This document shows, one piece after another, positions 12,376-24,669 of a stretch of DNA of 64,000 nucleotides. The stretch is from NCBI RefSeq assembly GCF_006345805.1, contig NC_043018.1, positions 13,020,001 through 13,084,000 on the forward strand, written 5' to 3'. How positions within the stretch are numbered: the stretch's first letter is position 1; each line of letters starts with the position of its first letter. A model generated the notes under the pieces. That model did not search any database. It saw only the letters and a program-made list of their open reading frames with translations, and was not told where the DNA came from. The DNA is from Octopus sinensis. Its lineage: Eukaryota. Both the position numbers and the translations under genes were made by a program.

Positions 12376-12499
12376 GTAAATGTTACATGTGATTCCGTTG
12401 AAGGGAGACTTTCCTGAACGATGAGTGGAGATGGATATAAGTAGATCTAACAAATCTTTACATGTCTATAAATTTAGGATTTGGAGAAATGGACGCGCC

Positions 12500-12535
<36 letters not shown>

Positions 12536-12759
12536 CCTACACACACATATATATATATATATATATACATACACGAATACACACATAAACATACACGCTC
12601 ACATAGAGGCAGCTTGGTGGAGTTAGGAAGCATACCAACACGTTGGAATTTCTCCGTTTTAACGGGGATTCTTCAGATAATTTTTTACGGTGCCCTTGGA
12701 AATGTTCTGGAGTATCTTTAGTAAAAAAAAAAAAAAAAAAAAATTGCGAAAAATAGTGT

Positions 12760-12975
12760 ATTTTTTAACTCTTACCACCACCACCATCTTCTTCCCCTCT
12801 CCAGACCGATTTTGGTCGATTTTGCGAGTCGCCTTAAAGCACCTCCCCCTGTTGGGAGTTTTATTTGTCTTTCCTTTGTCATTTTATTTACACGTTTTGA
12901 AACCCTTTGTATCGTCCTGTCATGTCCTTTAATGTATCTTTATATTAGCCCTTGTGGCCAATAAAAGAATTAATT
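12760..12975 (+). mobile_element. LINE 3' UTR/tail fragment nested in a MITE remnant (~12645-13180) related to 43139-43871
   Basis: Ends TTAGCCCTTGTGGCCAATAAAAGAAT; 12990-13180 aligns by eye to 43676-43871. Confidence 0.5.
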
Positions 12976-13559
12976 ATTATTATAAAATGCCAGCTTCCAA
13001 ATCCTGTCTTTTGATCAGATAAAAATAATCAAACTTCAAACCTCTGTAACATTTTTCTGAAATTTTTCTAGAACAAGTGAATAACAACATCAGATTTGGC
13101 ATGAAAAATTACATCAATATTCCAAATTTTAAAATTTCAAAACTAAAACTAAAAAGAAAGCTAAACAGAAAAGATCCCCAAAAACATCTGTCTTCAGCTT
13201 TTGTAAAGTAAAGGGCTCCATTGACAATTCTCTAATTGAGCCCTGCACTTCCCAGCGCTGTCCTGGCAACAAAATAGTAACAACAACCACAACAATAATA
13301 ATAATCCTTTCTATTAAAGGCACAAGGCCTGAAATTTGATGGAAGGGCATTCCTCAATTACATCAGCTCCAGTGTGACAGAGTAGCACCTGCCCAACAAA
13401 TTTTAAGCCTTTTAGACAATAACAATAATAATAATACTAATCATAATCCTTTCTACTTTAGGCACAAGGCTTGAAGTTTTGGAGGGTGAACTAGTCAATT
13501 ACATTAACCCCCAGCATTTCACTGGTAATTTATTTATCGAGCCCAAAATGATGTAACAA

Positions 13560-13830
13560 AAAGCTTCTTTCTCAGAGTGGAAAGCAGATTGTATGATGGA
13601 TGTGTATGAACAGCTATGCTCCATGGCTGTGAAAAACATTGGGCTATGACCACTGAGGACAAGCAAAGGCTTGAAAGAAATGAAGTATTACATGTTCCAA
13701 TGGATGGTTAATGTCAGTGTGCACGTACCACAGAGTGTATGTGATCTGACAGAAAAATTGGGTATAAAAGGCATCAGATGTGGTGTGCAAAAGAGAAGAG
13801 AGTGCTGGTATGGAAATGTGATGCGTATAC
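13560..13830 (+). mobile_element. RTE-type LINE C-terminal fragment
   Basis: RLYDGCV.TAMLHGCE.WA...LERNE..MFQWMVNVS; similar to 58385-58530. Confidence 0.65.
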
Positions 13831-14078
13831 AAACTTTCTGATTTAAAATGGACTAAATTAAAACCTTCCAATAAAATTTCATGTTTATTTACATTCCAAA
13901 CACCAGCTTCATAATGACAAAGATATTTTGTGAAAGTCTTCATTATTTTTTTAATTAATTGAAATTAAGCAATGTATTTCAACGGAAATTTAGTAACAAA
14001 ACTGTTAATATTTAATACTTTACAGAAAACAATTTACCAGTGCTAAACAATTTGACAGTCCTGGGGAAAAGTTTTGAG

Positions 14079-14417
14079 ATGGGCTTACCTGGTGATCAGG
14101 TTATCTTCGCAATGAAAACAGAAGAGAAAAACCGTAACAATTCCAGGATGATAAGTAAACCAGAGAAACTAGAAACAAAAGAGAATTATTTTAGAGATGT
14201 GACTCTTGAGTTTCTTCAAGAGAAATTTCGTGATGATGTCGTCTTTGATAAACTATTGTTTGTCTCCTTTAACAACCAATATCTACGGACACTGGGAGTT
14301 TTAAGTGAGTTGGTGACTAATTTACAAGTTTGTAATTTATCTGGTAACTTCCTCACCGATATTTCAAGTCTGATGCTGTGTCCTAATCTTCAGAAACTTG
14401 ATGTTCATGGCAACCAG
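14079..14417 (+). CDS. LRRIQ3: LRRIQ3-like protein, coding exon 1 (LRR region)
   Basis: Acceptor TTTACAG ending at 14025, ATG at 14079, NLQVCNLSGNFLTDISSLMLCPNLQKLDVHGNQ, phase-0 donor CAG|GTAAGT. Matches the LRRIQ3 N-terminal LRRs (..KLDLHGNQ). Confidence 0.9.
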
Positions 14418-14464
14418 GTAAGTCATTGTACAACTGGTTTCTAGTTTAACTAGATGTTTATATT

Positions 14465-15290
14465 TGACTAGCAGGAGTACACCCTGCAACGTTTGAGTAT
14501 CGTATCAAAGCAACATATTTATCCCCACTTAAACGAGGGTCTTCTGTTAGAACAAATTACACTGCAGTAGATACGATGAGAAAAACTCTTATGTTTGATG
14601 TTTGGTGTAAAATGCATTCTTGTTTCTATTACTAACAGGGGAGATAAATCTCCACCACTTTCAGCATTGAGACCAGCAGTTCACATGATTTCCACCTTCT
14701 TTGGTTTCGTCAGTGATGGATGCTCAACTGCCAGAGGTAACAGTGACTCATCTTCCCCCTGACAATGTATAGAAAAACTACTAGAACAAGTGCTGGTCTC
14801 ACGATTAGCCACTGAGCTTGTTAAAACATGTTTAAAAAATATAAAAACAGGCCCCTGTTGCTAATAAATATTTTTTAACAGAGTAACAAAAAGCAATGAT
14901 GAGTAGATTCGGTCCTACATTATGAACTATTTGACTAATAATAGGATCTTTGTATATCTTCACTAAAGGAGATATTATTGCATAATCTTCATGTTTCCTT
15001 AGTCAGATGATCAGTCCAGAGAATAAACAAATTTGCCATTTTACCCTGTGGTGCCAATGATGGAGAGACTCTCAGCATTTCCAACTCTTGAAATATCAAC
15101 ATGAAGCTGATTTTTTGAAAAGAAAGGATCCACTAGGTTTGGTGCAGCAACTTAGACTGAACTGGTGGATCTACAGGTTCTAAGTCCCAAAGACACAGTT
15201 TTAAGGAGATGAGTTGAAATAGATAAGCAAGTGGCATTCTTTAAGAATAACATCAACACCTGGCTCCACTTTGGCTATCTTTAGTAGAAG
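14465..15290 (-). mobile_element. Possible decayed Helitron remnant in LRRIQ3 intron
   Basis: ACTAGCAG..CCC terminus at ~14468; broken minus-strand peptides (DPP..LL, H.IG..PQGK...LFI) resemble the RepHel N-terminal region. Confidence 0.25.
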
Positions 15291-15481
15291 TCTACACTGT
15301 TGTAAGTATTTCAGCCAGTTTCAAGCTAACACTCCACCCCCACCCCCCACCCACCCGCCATCAGTCTTGGCAGTCTTGTCATGGGTTTTGGACCCTGCCT
15401 TTCTGACTAAAAGTTATAAAATTGATCAATCCATTCCTATGATTATAATGATACAATTTTTTCCCTTTCTTTCTCCTTTAG

Positions 15482-15805
15482 ATAACCAACCTTCCTGGTC
15501 ATTTAATGTGGTCAAACATGCAGCACTTAGAATTTCTTTATCTCCATGACAACACTTTTGCAAATTTTGGAGTTGTAAAAAGCATATCTGGCTGCCCCAA
15601 ACTTCTTGCCCTCACCTTGTATGACACTCCTTTGAGCCTGTGGATTACCTACCGCCACAGTGTTGTCAATAGCTTACATTCATTGAAGGCTTTGGATCAG
15701 TTTGTCGTTGCAGATGAGGAGATCATCAACGATCTTAATGAGTCACATCGATTCGCTGCTTTTCAGAAGGAACTCAAAGTTAACCTTTGCCCTCAACAGA
15801 CACAG
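15482..15805 (+). CDS. LRRIQ3: LRRIQ3-like protein, coding exon 2 (LRR and LRR cap)
   Basis: Polypyrimidine+AG at 15480-15481; ITNLPGHLMWSNMQHLEFLYLHDN...LTLYDTPLSL..YRHSVVNSLHSLKALDQFVVADEEII; phase-0 donor CAG|GTAACT. Confidence 0.93.
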
Positions 15806-15927
15806 GTAACTCTGATTATTCGCCAATATAAGTTTTACATGGAAACAGACACGTGCAGACTATGATATATGATGTAGGAGGTCAAAGAAGAAGGGGTGTA
15901 TATGACTGATACTCTTTCATACACACA

Positions 15928-16010
<83 letters not shown>

Positions 16011-17159
16011 AAGGATGGATAACAAAGAGATAACAGACAATTGTGAAACAGAACATATGCAAACTTGGATATTTTCTGCCCAAAAACTATAACCACTTAA
16101 ATGGCCAGAACAGGTAGCATCTGGGAGTAGTTGAGAAAGAGATAGAAGGAAGGTCGTGGTGGAGTGCCAGAGCAAACTGTCAAGGTGCAAAAAGATGAGC
16201 ATAAGAGAGGATAGAGACAGTGGGTGACGAGAGAATGGACCCTTTCTTAAGAATGTGAGTGGGGAATAACAAATGGTTAAAGGTGAGACAGAAGGTGGAT
16301 GTAGTGAATGAGGAAAAATGATAGAGGGACTGGTGCTCTGAGTTCAAATCCCTCCATAGCCTACACAGGTGGCAGACTTAATCCATGTGAAGGTACTTGG
16401 CTCAGTGATTAGGGCTTCCAACTGACAACTATAAGGTCGTGAGTTTGATTCCTGTTGGCATGTTGTGTCCTTGAGCAAGATTCTTTATTTCACATTCGCT
16501 CCAGTTCACTCAGTTGCTGAAAATGAGTGCTACTTGTATTTGAAAGGGCCAGCCTTGTCATATTCTGTTTCACACTGAATATCCTTCAGGACTGAGTTAA
16601 GGGTACGGATGGGGTGCTCAGCCACTTGCACATTAATTTCACAAGAAGGCTTTTGTAACCAATGGTGTGCGAGTTATAAAGAAAAAAATGACTTAATCTA
16701 TTGCTTGGTTTAACACCACTGCTTGTCCTTGGGTACTTTTAGTAGAGTCCATTGGACTCTCTGGTTTGAGGACTCTCCAGTCCCCATCTGGAGGCCTGGT
16801 AAAGAGCCATAGGCTCTATTTTTGCCTCCTGACTGATTTTAAAAAATTAAAATATAAACTGTCAAAGTTTACTGCAATTTTAACTTAGCTTTATTTTCCC
16901 TTTTTTTTTTTGTAAAGATGAGAAAATCATTAGTACACTAAACAAAAATACTTAGCAGTATTTCTTCCCTTTTGATGGTCTGAGTTCAAATTCTGCTGAG
17001 GTTGACCTATAGTCTTTCATGCTTTCAGGGTTAATAAAATAAAGTACTAGTTGACCACTGGGATCATTGTAATTGACCTGGCCCCTCCATCAAAATTTTA
17101 GGCCTTTTGTCCATGGCAGAAAGAATTTTCTCTTTTTTGTTGTTATTTTCATTCCTCAG

Positions 17160-17299
17160 CTTCATTCTGCTGCAACAGAGTTTGAAGAGATAAAGAATTT
17201 AAAGAGAAAAATTAACAACATAATGGCGCATCACAGCCCTGTAATCATTATTCAGAAATGCATTCGAGGTTTCCTGTCTCGGTGTCGGACAGCAGAAGA
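17160..17299 (+). CDS. LRRIQ3: LRRIQ3-like protein, coding exon 3 (IQ motif)
   Basis: Acceptor TTCCTCAG; LHSAATEFEEIKNLKRKINNIMAHHSPVIIIQKCIRGFLSR contains IQxxxRGxxxR; phase-2 donor GA|GTAAGT. Confidence 0.92.
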
Positions 17300-17510
17300 G
17301 TAAGTTAACCATGCATAACTGTTTGTTCTTAGCAATTGAAAGTTTGTTTTTTCAGTTTTGAAATTTTACCAATTTTCTCATCTTTTATCTCCTACTCTTT
17401 TGCTTGTTTCAATCATTGAACTGCGGCCATGCTGGAGCACCACCTTGAAGAGTTTAGTTGAACAAATTGAACCCAGTGCTTATTTTTGAGCCTGGTATTT
17501 ATTCCATTGG

Positions 17511-17738
17511 CGGCGAGCTAGCAGAAATGTTAGCACGCCGGGCAAAATGCTTAGCGGTATTTTGTCTGCATTACGTTGTGAGTTCAAATTCCACCGAGGT
17601 TGACTTTGCCTTTCATCCTTTCGGGGTCGATAAATTAAGTACCAGTTATGCACTGGGGTCGATGTAATCAACTTAATACCTATGTCTGTCCTTATTTATC
17701 CCCTCTGTGTTTAGCCCCTTGTGGGTAATAAAGAAATA
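17511..17738 (+). mobile_element. SINE family B, young copy with 17 bp TSD, nested in a minus-strand family A SINE
   Basis: Flanked by GGTATTTATTCCATTGG at 17494-17510 and 17739-17755; ends AATAAAGAAATA. Confidence 0.9.
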
Positions 17739-17810
17739 GGTATTTATTCCATTGGTCTCTTCCCAAATTGCTAAGTTACATTCTGTAGTTTTCCTCAGCT
17801 CCTTGATATA

Positions 17811-19087
17811 TTGGGTCATCCCATAAATGATGTGTTTTTTTCAATACTTTTTTTTCAAAATTAAGATAAACAAAGTTCTTTCTTAATCTAAAATATACTC
17901 TCCCTCATTTTCTTCAATGCTCTTCCATCTCTCTGGTAGACTTGCAAGACTTCCTTGCCAAAATTCACTTCTCCTTGATGAAAAATACTCCTCCAGTACT
18001 GTTCTGACCTCGTCTACAGAATTCATATTTTTTCCATCCAAATGATTTTGGAGACTGCACAATAAATGGTAATCAGATGGGACAATGTCTGGTGAATATG
18101 GTGGGTGGGGCATCGTTTCTCATTCAAATTGCTCCAACCTTTGGAATGTTATCCTCGCTGTATGTTGCCAAGCATTATCCTGATGGAAGAACACCTTTCG
18201 TCTTGGAACCAAAGATGGTCGTTTTTCTTCTGGCGCTGACTTAAGCCACTCAAGCTGCTCACAGTAGATCTCCTTTGTTATCATTTGGTTTGGATTTAAA
18301 AGTTCAAAGTGGACTAAACCTTTCGTAGCCCACCAAACAGATTAACAACACCTCATGTGGGTAAAGACCTTCTCCAGCTTGGGGTGCTGGTGCTTCTCCT
18401 TTCCCTACTACCCACTGTCTTCGGTACTTGACATTTTTATAGAAAACCCATTTCTCATCCCCAGTCATTATTCAGTTCAAAAAAGGTTCATTTGTGAGAC
18501 ATGGCAGCAAAGAAGAGCACACATTCAGTCTTTGTGCCTGATTAGACTTGGAAAGTTTGTGAGGAACCCATTAACCCAATTTGCTGACTTTTCCAATGGC
18601 ACACAGGTATTGATGAATGGTTGAATGACCAAATCCAAGCTTCTCTGCTAGTTCCACAACAGTTACAATCGGATTTTGCTCCAGCAGGGTTTGCAGGATG
18701 TCCTCGTCGAGCTTACAGTTTTACCAGGACATGGTTTGTCTTAGGTTGTAGTTTCTGACTCAGAATTTCTGGAACCACCATTGACACTGGCTTACACTTA
18801 TTGTCCAATCCCCATAGACTGTATTAATATTCCTTGCATTTTCCATTGTGTTGTTGCCTTTATTGAACTCATAAGCAAAATATGCCAAATATGCTCCTTT
18901 GTCACTTCCATTATAGATCTGGAAAAAATAACTGTTAAAATCAAACTGCACTTTTCAATACTTGCACTAAGAATAAGTACGAGGAAAACTCACAACTTAC
19001 TTTTATAGCAGGTATATTTATCCTGTCCCCTTCTAACTTTTAGTTCATGCAATTGAAAACATCCAAATTATTTATGGGATGACCCAA
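17811..19087 (-). mobile_element. Mariner transposon, full length (~1.28 kb), dead transposase
   Basis: TIRs TTGGGTCATCCCATAAAT / ATTTATGGGATGACCCAA with TA on both sides; HPPYSPDIVPSDYHL and WVPHKL motifs; stops and frameshifts. Confidence 0.95.
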
Positions 19088-19842
19088 TAATCTTTTACTT
19101 GTTTCAGTCATTAGACAGCAGCCATTTTAGTTGAACTTATTGAATCTAGTACTTAGTTTTTGTAAAGCCTGGCACTTATTCTATCGGTCTTTTTTGCCAA
19201 AGCACTAAGTCATGGGGACGTAAACACACCAACACCAGTTGTCAAGCAATGGTGGGGGACAAACACATATAGAGACACAGCTGGCCTCTTTCAGTTTCCA
19301 TCTACCAAATCCAAAGTCACTGTCCCAAGATGTGTCTTTGTGTCAGTGTTTTGTCCTCCCCACACCCCTTGTTAACATCCCCTTAATGTAGCAGTTCAGC
19401 AAAAGAGACTGATAGAATGAGCACCAGACTTAGAAAAAAAAATACTGTACCAGAGTCAATTCATTCAACTAAAAAAAATTCTTCAAGGCTGTGCTCCAGC
19501 ATTGCCACTGTCTAATGACTGCAACAAATAAAAAAAAAAAAGGGACCTATGCACTTATAGGTACCATTTTACCCTCAACTGTTGTGAGTGTCTGAATATT
19601 TAAGATTAGTCCAATATTCAGAACACTCCTGAGATCCACTACATTTTAGGTAAAATACTTACATGCTACCAATTCTGGTCCTGTGATTCTACATTTACTA
19701 AAATACTAAACTCACCAAATTGAATACAACCAAATAAGGTACAACACTCTACTATTTCAATTGTCTTTACTACCCTCACATACCTAACATTTCCACTCAA
19801 CAGAAAATACAGCAACTTTTTAGAAGCTTTCTTTTGTTTTAG

Positions 19843-20020
19843 ACTGATTAAACATGAAGTAAACCATTTGGAGCTGACACATCCCCTGCAATTAACCAGC
19901 TCAACAATCTATTCTGTATTGCTGCCACATAAAGAAGTGAAACATCAAAGAGAAGGGCAAAAGCTATTCAATCCAAAATCAGAGTTGATGTCGGTTCCAA
20001 TTTCCATTCCCAGGTCACAA
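19843..20020 (+). CDS. LRRIQ3: LRRIQ3-like protein, coding exon 4
   Basis: Acceptor CTTTTGTTTTAG; phase-2 entry gives an open frame LIKHEVNHLELTHP...PRSQ; phase-0 donor CAA|GTATGT matches exon 5. Confidence 0.75.
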
Positions 20021-20464
20021 GTATGTAAAATTTATTCCAGTTTGTGTTAGCTTTAAATATGACGGGTCCAGAGTCACCTTTCTTCTGAGGGAGGGATATT
20101 GTCAATGAAATCCACTCTGCTATTTGACTGGTGCTTCATTTTATTGACTCTGGAAAGATAAAAAGCAAAATGTGATATTGGTTGCTAAAGTTGGCACAAA
20201 TTTTGGACAGATGGTTGAAAGGCTCAAAGTAGATTTATCAAAGCCCAGTACATTTATGCTTTTGCCCCTGGTGAGATTTGAAATTAGAAATGTAGAGGGA
20301 TGAATATAAAGACAATAAGGAAGTTAGTCCTGTCACACAACAATTTGCCATTCTACAGTGCTGTCTTTCAAAATAAGAATTCCTTACATTGGCAAGATGT
20401 CAAATTAGCAGAGTCGCCTGGCTACACTCTGGATTCAAATCTCTGCTTTCTTTCCAAGAAATAT

Positions 20465-20678
20465 TGATTTCAAGTTTTAGCACAAGGCCAGCAATTTTAG
20501 GGTAGAAGGCAAGTCAATTACATCAGCCCCCAGTGCTCAACTGGTACTCTTTTTATTGACCCCGAAAGGATGAAAGGCAAAATCAACCTCAATGGAATTT
20601 GAATTCAGAACCTGAAGACAAATGAAATGCTGCTAAGCATTTTGCCTGGTGTGCTGACCATTCTGCCAGGCTCACCAT
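20465..20678 (-). mobile_element. SINE family B, antisense copy
   Basis: Reverse complement of the 17511 family (GACCCCGAAAGGATGAAAGGCAAA...GGAATTTGAA). Confidence 0.8.
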
Positions 20679-21159
20679 CTTCTTTCCAAGAAATATTAAA
20701 ATGAAATTCCAAATCAGGGTGCAGGGAATTAGTGAAACTGTTAGAGTACTGGATGGGGTGCCATGTGGTGTTCATTTCAACCCTTTACGCTCCAATTTCT
20801 TGGGTGTTGGCTGTAATCCATCACTTAGTTTAACACAATTGTCTGGTCCTTGGGTAGCTTTAACAGAGTTTAGTTTCATGATAACTTTCTCTCATCATCC
20901 CACCCACCTCTTCCTTCCATGACTAAACAGTTGATTGCTTCACCAATTCTGTTATTTACCATCCTTCTTAAGAATTCTAATTCAGGACAGTTAAGTTCTT
21001 ATTACCCCAGGAAAAACATTTGATCCAAGAAAGTGAGAAAAAAACAGGAGGAATTCAATATTTTCTAAATAAATATTTCTCTTAGAATTATTCTTGAAGA
21101 AATAGTTTCTAAGAAAATATTTTTACCATTTAGTTATTCATGCATGTAGATCAAAGCCC

Positions 21160-21430
21160 GGGGAGTCTCTTTGAGTCACTACTTCTCTGCACTGAGAGGT
21201 CACAGCTTTGGCACTACAGACATACGATTAAAATATCACAAGAAAGAATTGCACGGCAGATTCTTCAAGCCAAACCAACTGGCAAGAGACCTGAGGCTGG
21301 GAATCGGATGGTTTGCTGCATAGTTTCAATTGGTCATGTTTTGGAATCCTGCAAGTAAGTCTAACGATGGTTACTTCTAATAAGTCCTATAGCAGAGGTT
21401 CTCTGTGGCTCTACCCACTGTGATCCTCTA
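21160..21430 (+). mobile_element. RTE-type LINE 3' fragment
   Basis: QLWHYRHTIKISQERIARQILQAKPTGKRP, a decayed RLRWFGHV.RM...R.P...GKRP.GRP motif. Confidence 0.6.
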
Positions 21431-21594
21431 TAGACATTATGGGTAGAAGGGAGAGGAGATGAAGAAATGAATGAATTACTCATGTCACGAAGAAACATTT
21501 TCTAAAACAGAAATATTTTAGACTGTTCTTGTTCTAAACTTTGATTTTGTCTAATAAAGAATTTTTCTATTTTATTTTCATGTCTTCTCCATAG

Positions 21595-22809
21595 AACTTG
21601 CCAAGTCCAATAAGTGTCAGTTGTATGAGCATTGAACAAGATTCTCTCAGGGTAGACACAAGTGAGGACAGTTGCACTTCTTGTGAAAACATTGTTGAAA
21701 TTGGTAAAAAGCAGGATCAGAATAAGAATGTTGCAATATTGCTGAACAGAAGGAACAAAAAACTGAGCAAGTCTAAGAACTTCAAGTGGCAAACTTTGAG
21801 AGAAAAATCCGAAGACTATTTTGCTTTTAGTTTTATTGGCGAAGATATTCCAATTTCCACTTTGCATTTACAGGGATACAGTAAGCCGATTCATCAAGTT
21901 TATGCATTCAGCAATATGATGATGGAAAACCAACTTGTCAGCTCTGCTATAAGATCAGCACATGACAGCTATCATAGAATACCTGATGTGCCAAAACTGG
22001 AACCAAGGAAAATTCCTGTGGAGGTGTTTCTGTCACAGAAGAGAGAGATGAGGAAAGAAAGCATGTATAAAAGACTTTTTAAGCACATCAACAAGTCTTG
22101 TCTGTTTGCAGTTCAGAGGGCTTATGAAGACCAGTGGCAAGCAGACAAAAACAAGATTAAACTGGACGAGGTGTACGAGCGAAAGTTAGAGGAGCAGGAG
22201 AGGAGGCAAAACTTTGTAGAAAGGGAGCGCCAGAAATATTTCCTAAAGCTAGGGAAGAATGAACAAGGAAAATTACAGATGAATCAATGGAATGAGAAGA
22301 GAGCTGCAGAGAACAAGAAGCAAATGGAAGTGTTGCAAATGAAAAGGTTTGATTCTTCTCGGATAACATCTGAGAGAGAAGCAGAAAAGAAGTTCACCAA
22401 AGATTTTTCCTGCCAGCAACTTTCTCTGTCCAGGTCTTTGTTACGACACAATTTTGGTAAGTCTGCAAGTAAAGGGAAGCAATCAAAAACGTATCTGGTG
22501 AAATCAATTCATCTCAGTGAACAAGAGAAGTTTGAAAGCATCCAAGATTACATTCTTAACTCACAGGAAAGGAAACGGGTTGAGAGTAATATTGCAAAAT
22601 GTGAAATGATAGATTCACAACATTTTGCCAAAGTAAGCAATCCAGAAGAACCAAAGGACCCAGAGGAACATATGAAGGCAAGTCATTTGAAAGATAGAGT
22701 AGATGTATATCCATTCTCAGTAGTAAGTTTGAACAAACTGAATATAATAAAACCCAAGAAAACATCTAAAATGAAACATGACAATCCAGACATGGCAACT
22801 CAAGTTTGA
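21595..22809 (+). CDS. LRRIQ3: LRRIQ3-like protein, terminal coding exon 5 (K/E/R-rich coiled coil)
   Basis: Acceptor TTCTCCATAG at 21594; 404 open codons to TGA, including CLFAVQRAYE and a charged coiled coil; AATAAA at 22833-22838. Confidence 0.88.
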   Translation, partial: NLPSPISVSCMSIEQDSLRVDTSEDSCTSCENIVEIGKKQDQNKNVAILLNRRNKKLSKSKNFKWQTLREKSEDYFAFSFIGEDIPISTLHLQGYSKPIHQVYAFSNMMMENQLVSSAIRSAHDSYHRIPDVPKLEPRKIPVEVFLSQKREMRKESMYKRLFKHINKSCLFAVQRAYEDQWQADKNKIKLDEVYERKLEEQERRQNFVERERQKYFLKLGKNEQGKLQMNQWNEKRAAENKKQMEVLQMKRFDSSRITSEREAEKKFTKDFSCQQLSLSRSLLRHNFGKSASKGKQSKTYLVKSIHLSEQEKFESIQDYILNSQERKRVESNIAKCEMIDSQHFAKVSNPEEPKDPEEHMKASHLKDRVDVYPFSVVSLNKLNIIKPKKTSKMKHDNPDMATQV

Positions 22810-22832
22810 CAGAAGTTTGTTTGGAAATCAAG

Positions 22833-22838
22833 AATAAA
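22833..22838 (+). terminator. Candidate polyadenylation signal for LRRIQ3
   Basis: AATAAA 24 nt after the stop, with a T-rich element downstream. Confidence 0.5.
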
Positions 22839-22879
22839 AAAATTAAAAATTAGAAACTCACCAACTATTTTTTATTTGT

Positions 22880-23230
22880 TATCTTTCACTTGTTTCAGTC
22901 ATTAGACTGTGGCCATTCTGGGGCACTGCCTTGGAGAATTTTTTAATCAAATTAATTGACCCCAGTACTTATTTTTTTAAACCTGGTACTTACTCTATTT
23001 TCTCTTTTGCCAAACTGCTAAGTCATGGGGACATAAACACACTAGCACAAAGACACACACACACACATATATGACAGGCTTCTTTCAGTTTCTGTTAACC
23101 AGATCCACTCACAAAGCCCAAGGTTATTGTGGAAGACACTTACCCAATGTGCTGTGCAGTGACACAGAACCCGGAACAAACATGTGGTTGGAAGGCAAGC
23201 GTCTTCCTACATGGCCACGCCTGTGCCTCT
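22880..23230 (-). mobile_element. SINE family A, antisense diverged copy
   Basis: Begins CACTTGTTTCAGTCATTAGACTG; reverse complement of the family A body. Confidence 0.8.
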
Positions 23231-23439
23231 TACTTATTATTATCATGAGTTGCTTCTTTAGAGATATTAACAATCATTTTGTTTGACCCCTTTTCCATAT
23301 TTCCATGGGTCAGACAAAATTTGTCAAGACAGATTCTTACTACAGATGGTTGCTGCTCTTGTCACTTACTAATCCTCATCAGTTTCCAAGAACCCCTTTC
23401 AGATCTCCAAAGAGATACCCTACATATGACCTCATATGT

Positions 23440-24669
23440 CGCTGATCCCATACACATGACCTCATCCTGCCATCTACCATTCTGAGACCGGTGTTTCATC
23501 TCCAGCTCTCAACCATTCTTGCAGTTACTAATGTTGATGTGCAACACGTACCCATGAGGCCTTAGGCTTCCCCCCCCCCACCAAAAGCCTCACTACAAGC
23601 GACGACCAGTGGTGTGCCTTCAATTGGTTGTGGAGGGAACTAGTGGCACAGTAGTTCCCCTCTGCTCATTTCCTGGCTTGCAGTTATTCACTATGTAGGA
23701 CTGCATTCATAACACACCACCATTGGCTTCGGTTCCATGCATTCCCTGTCCATGTGCGGACCTCAACATCTGAAGCATGGTCCCTTGGCCATTTGCCTCA
23801 TCAGACTCTGGCTGTTGTTGTTCTCCACCTGCCTGTTCATCCTGTCATCACTGTTGCTGCTACATTGTGTGAGTCACTTTGCAACAATACCCACGATTTG
23901 TCGATCATCTCCTCTACAGACGTTGTTTTGATGTTCGGTATCTGCTGCAGGCAGGGAAGTCAGTCACAAAACCCAGCTTCACCGTCTGCTCCAGTAAACC
24001 CTGCTAGGCCCACCAACCTCCTAGTCTCGCTCACATAGTCGTCTACTTGCTTGCTCGTCCATCTCATTCTCTCAAGCTTGCTGTAGGCTTTAAAAGCCCC
24101 CTTCATGGACGTGTCCTTCAATTTTTTTCTACTTTCTCTTGGTCCACTCTCCAAGTAGAGATTCAGTGCACTGCCTTCTAGATACAACGGCATAAGGCTA
24201 ACCACATCTATTCCCTGCAGCTTCACCACGAGTCTCACCTTCTTTATCCAGGCCACCACATTGCCTTCCCCAGGAAATGGTTTCAATACATTGCTACCAA
24301 TTCTGATTTCTGTGGCCATTGCGAAAAACCAAAACAAGGAAGAGCAAGAGAAACAGAAAATTCTTGAAAATCTTCTTCTTCGACTGTTGGAACATGACTT
24401 GTTACGTACAATAAATAAGATCACCAGATAACAGTAAAAACAATGTAACAAACTAACAAATCTCTTTAGGAACCCACAATCAATATTCCTTGTAAACCAA
24501 CCAACCGACACATTCCGACTTCACTGCAAACTAACACAAACTTCACTTGACTCCGAACTCTGAACCTTTTAATTCACTTGGACCATTGCTATTTATACTT
24601 CACTCAGACCAGTCTATATCTCGCAAGGGGGCATCGTAATTCTCACCATAATATGGATGTATCCTCACA
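23440..24669 (-). mobile_element. Gypsy-like LTR retrotransposon 5' fragment: LTR (24385-24669) and decayed gag
   Basis: TGTGAGG...CCAACA LTR with TATAAATA; gag-like MATEIRIGSNVLKPFPGEGNVVAWIKKVRLV...LYLEGSAL from 24319; decayed zinc knuckle CFRC*GPHM..EC near 23750. Confidence 0.75.

Noticed and set aside
17883-18113. 76 aa ORF and its twin at 48083-48313 as a host SETMAR-like gene
   Set aside because: Lies within mariner TIRs with upstream stops and frameshifts; no SET domain or splice evidence.
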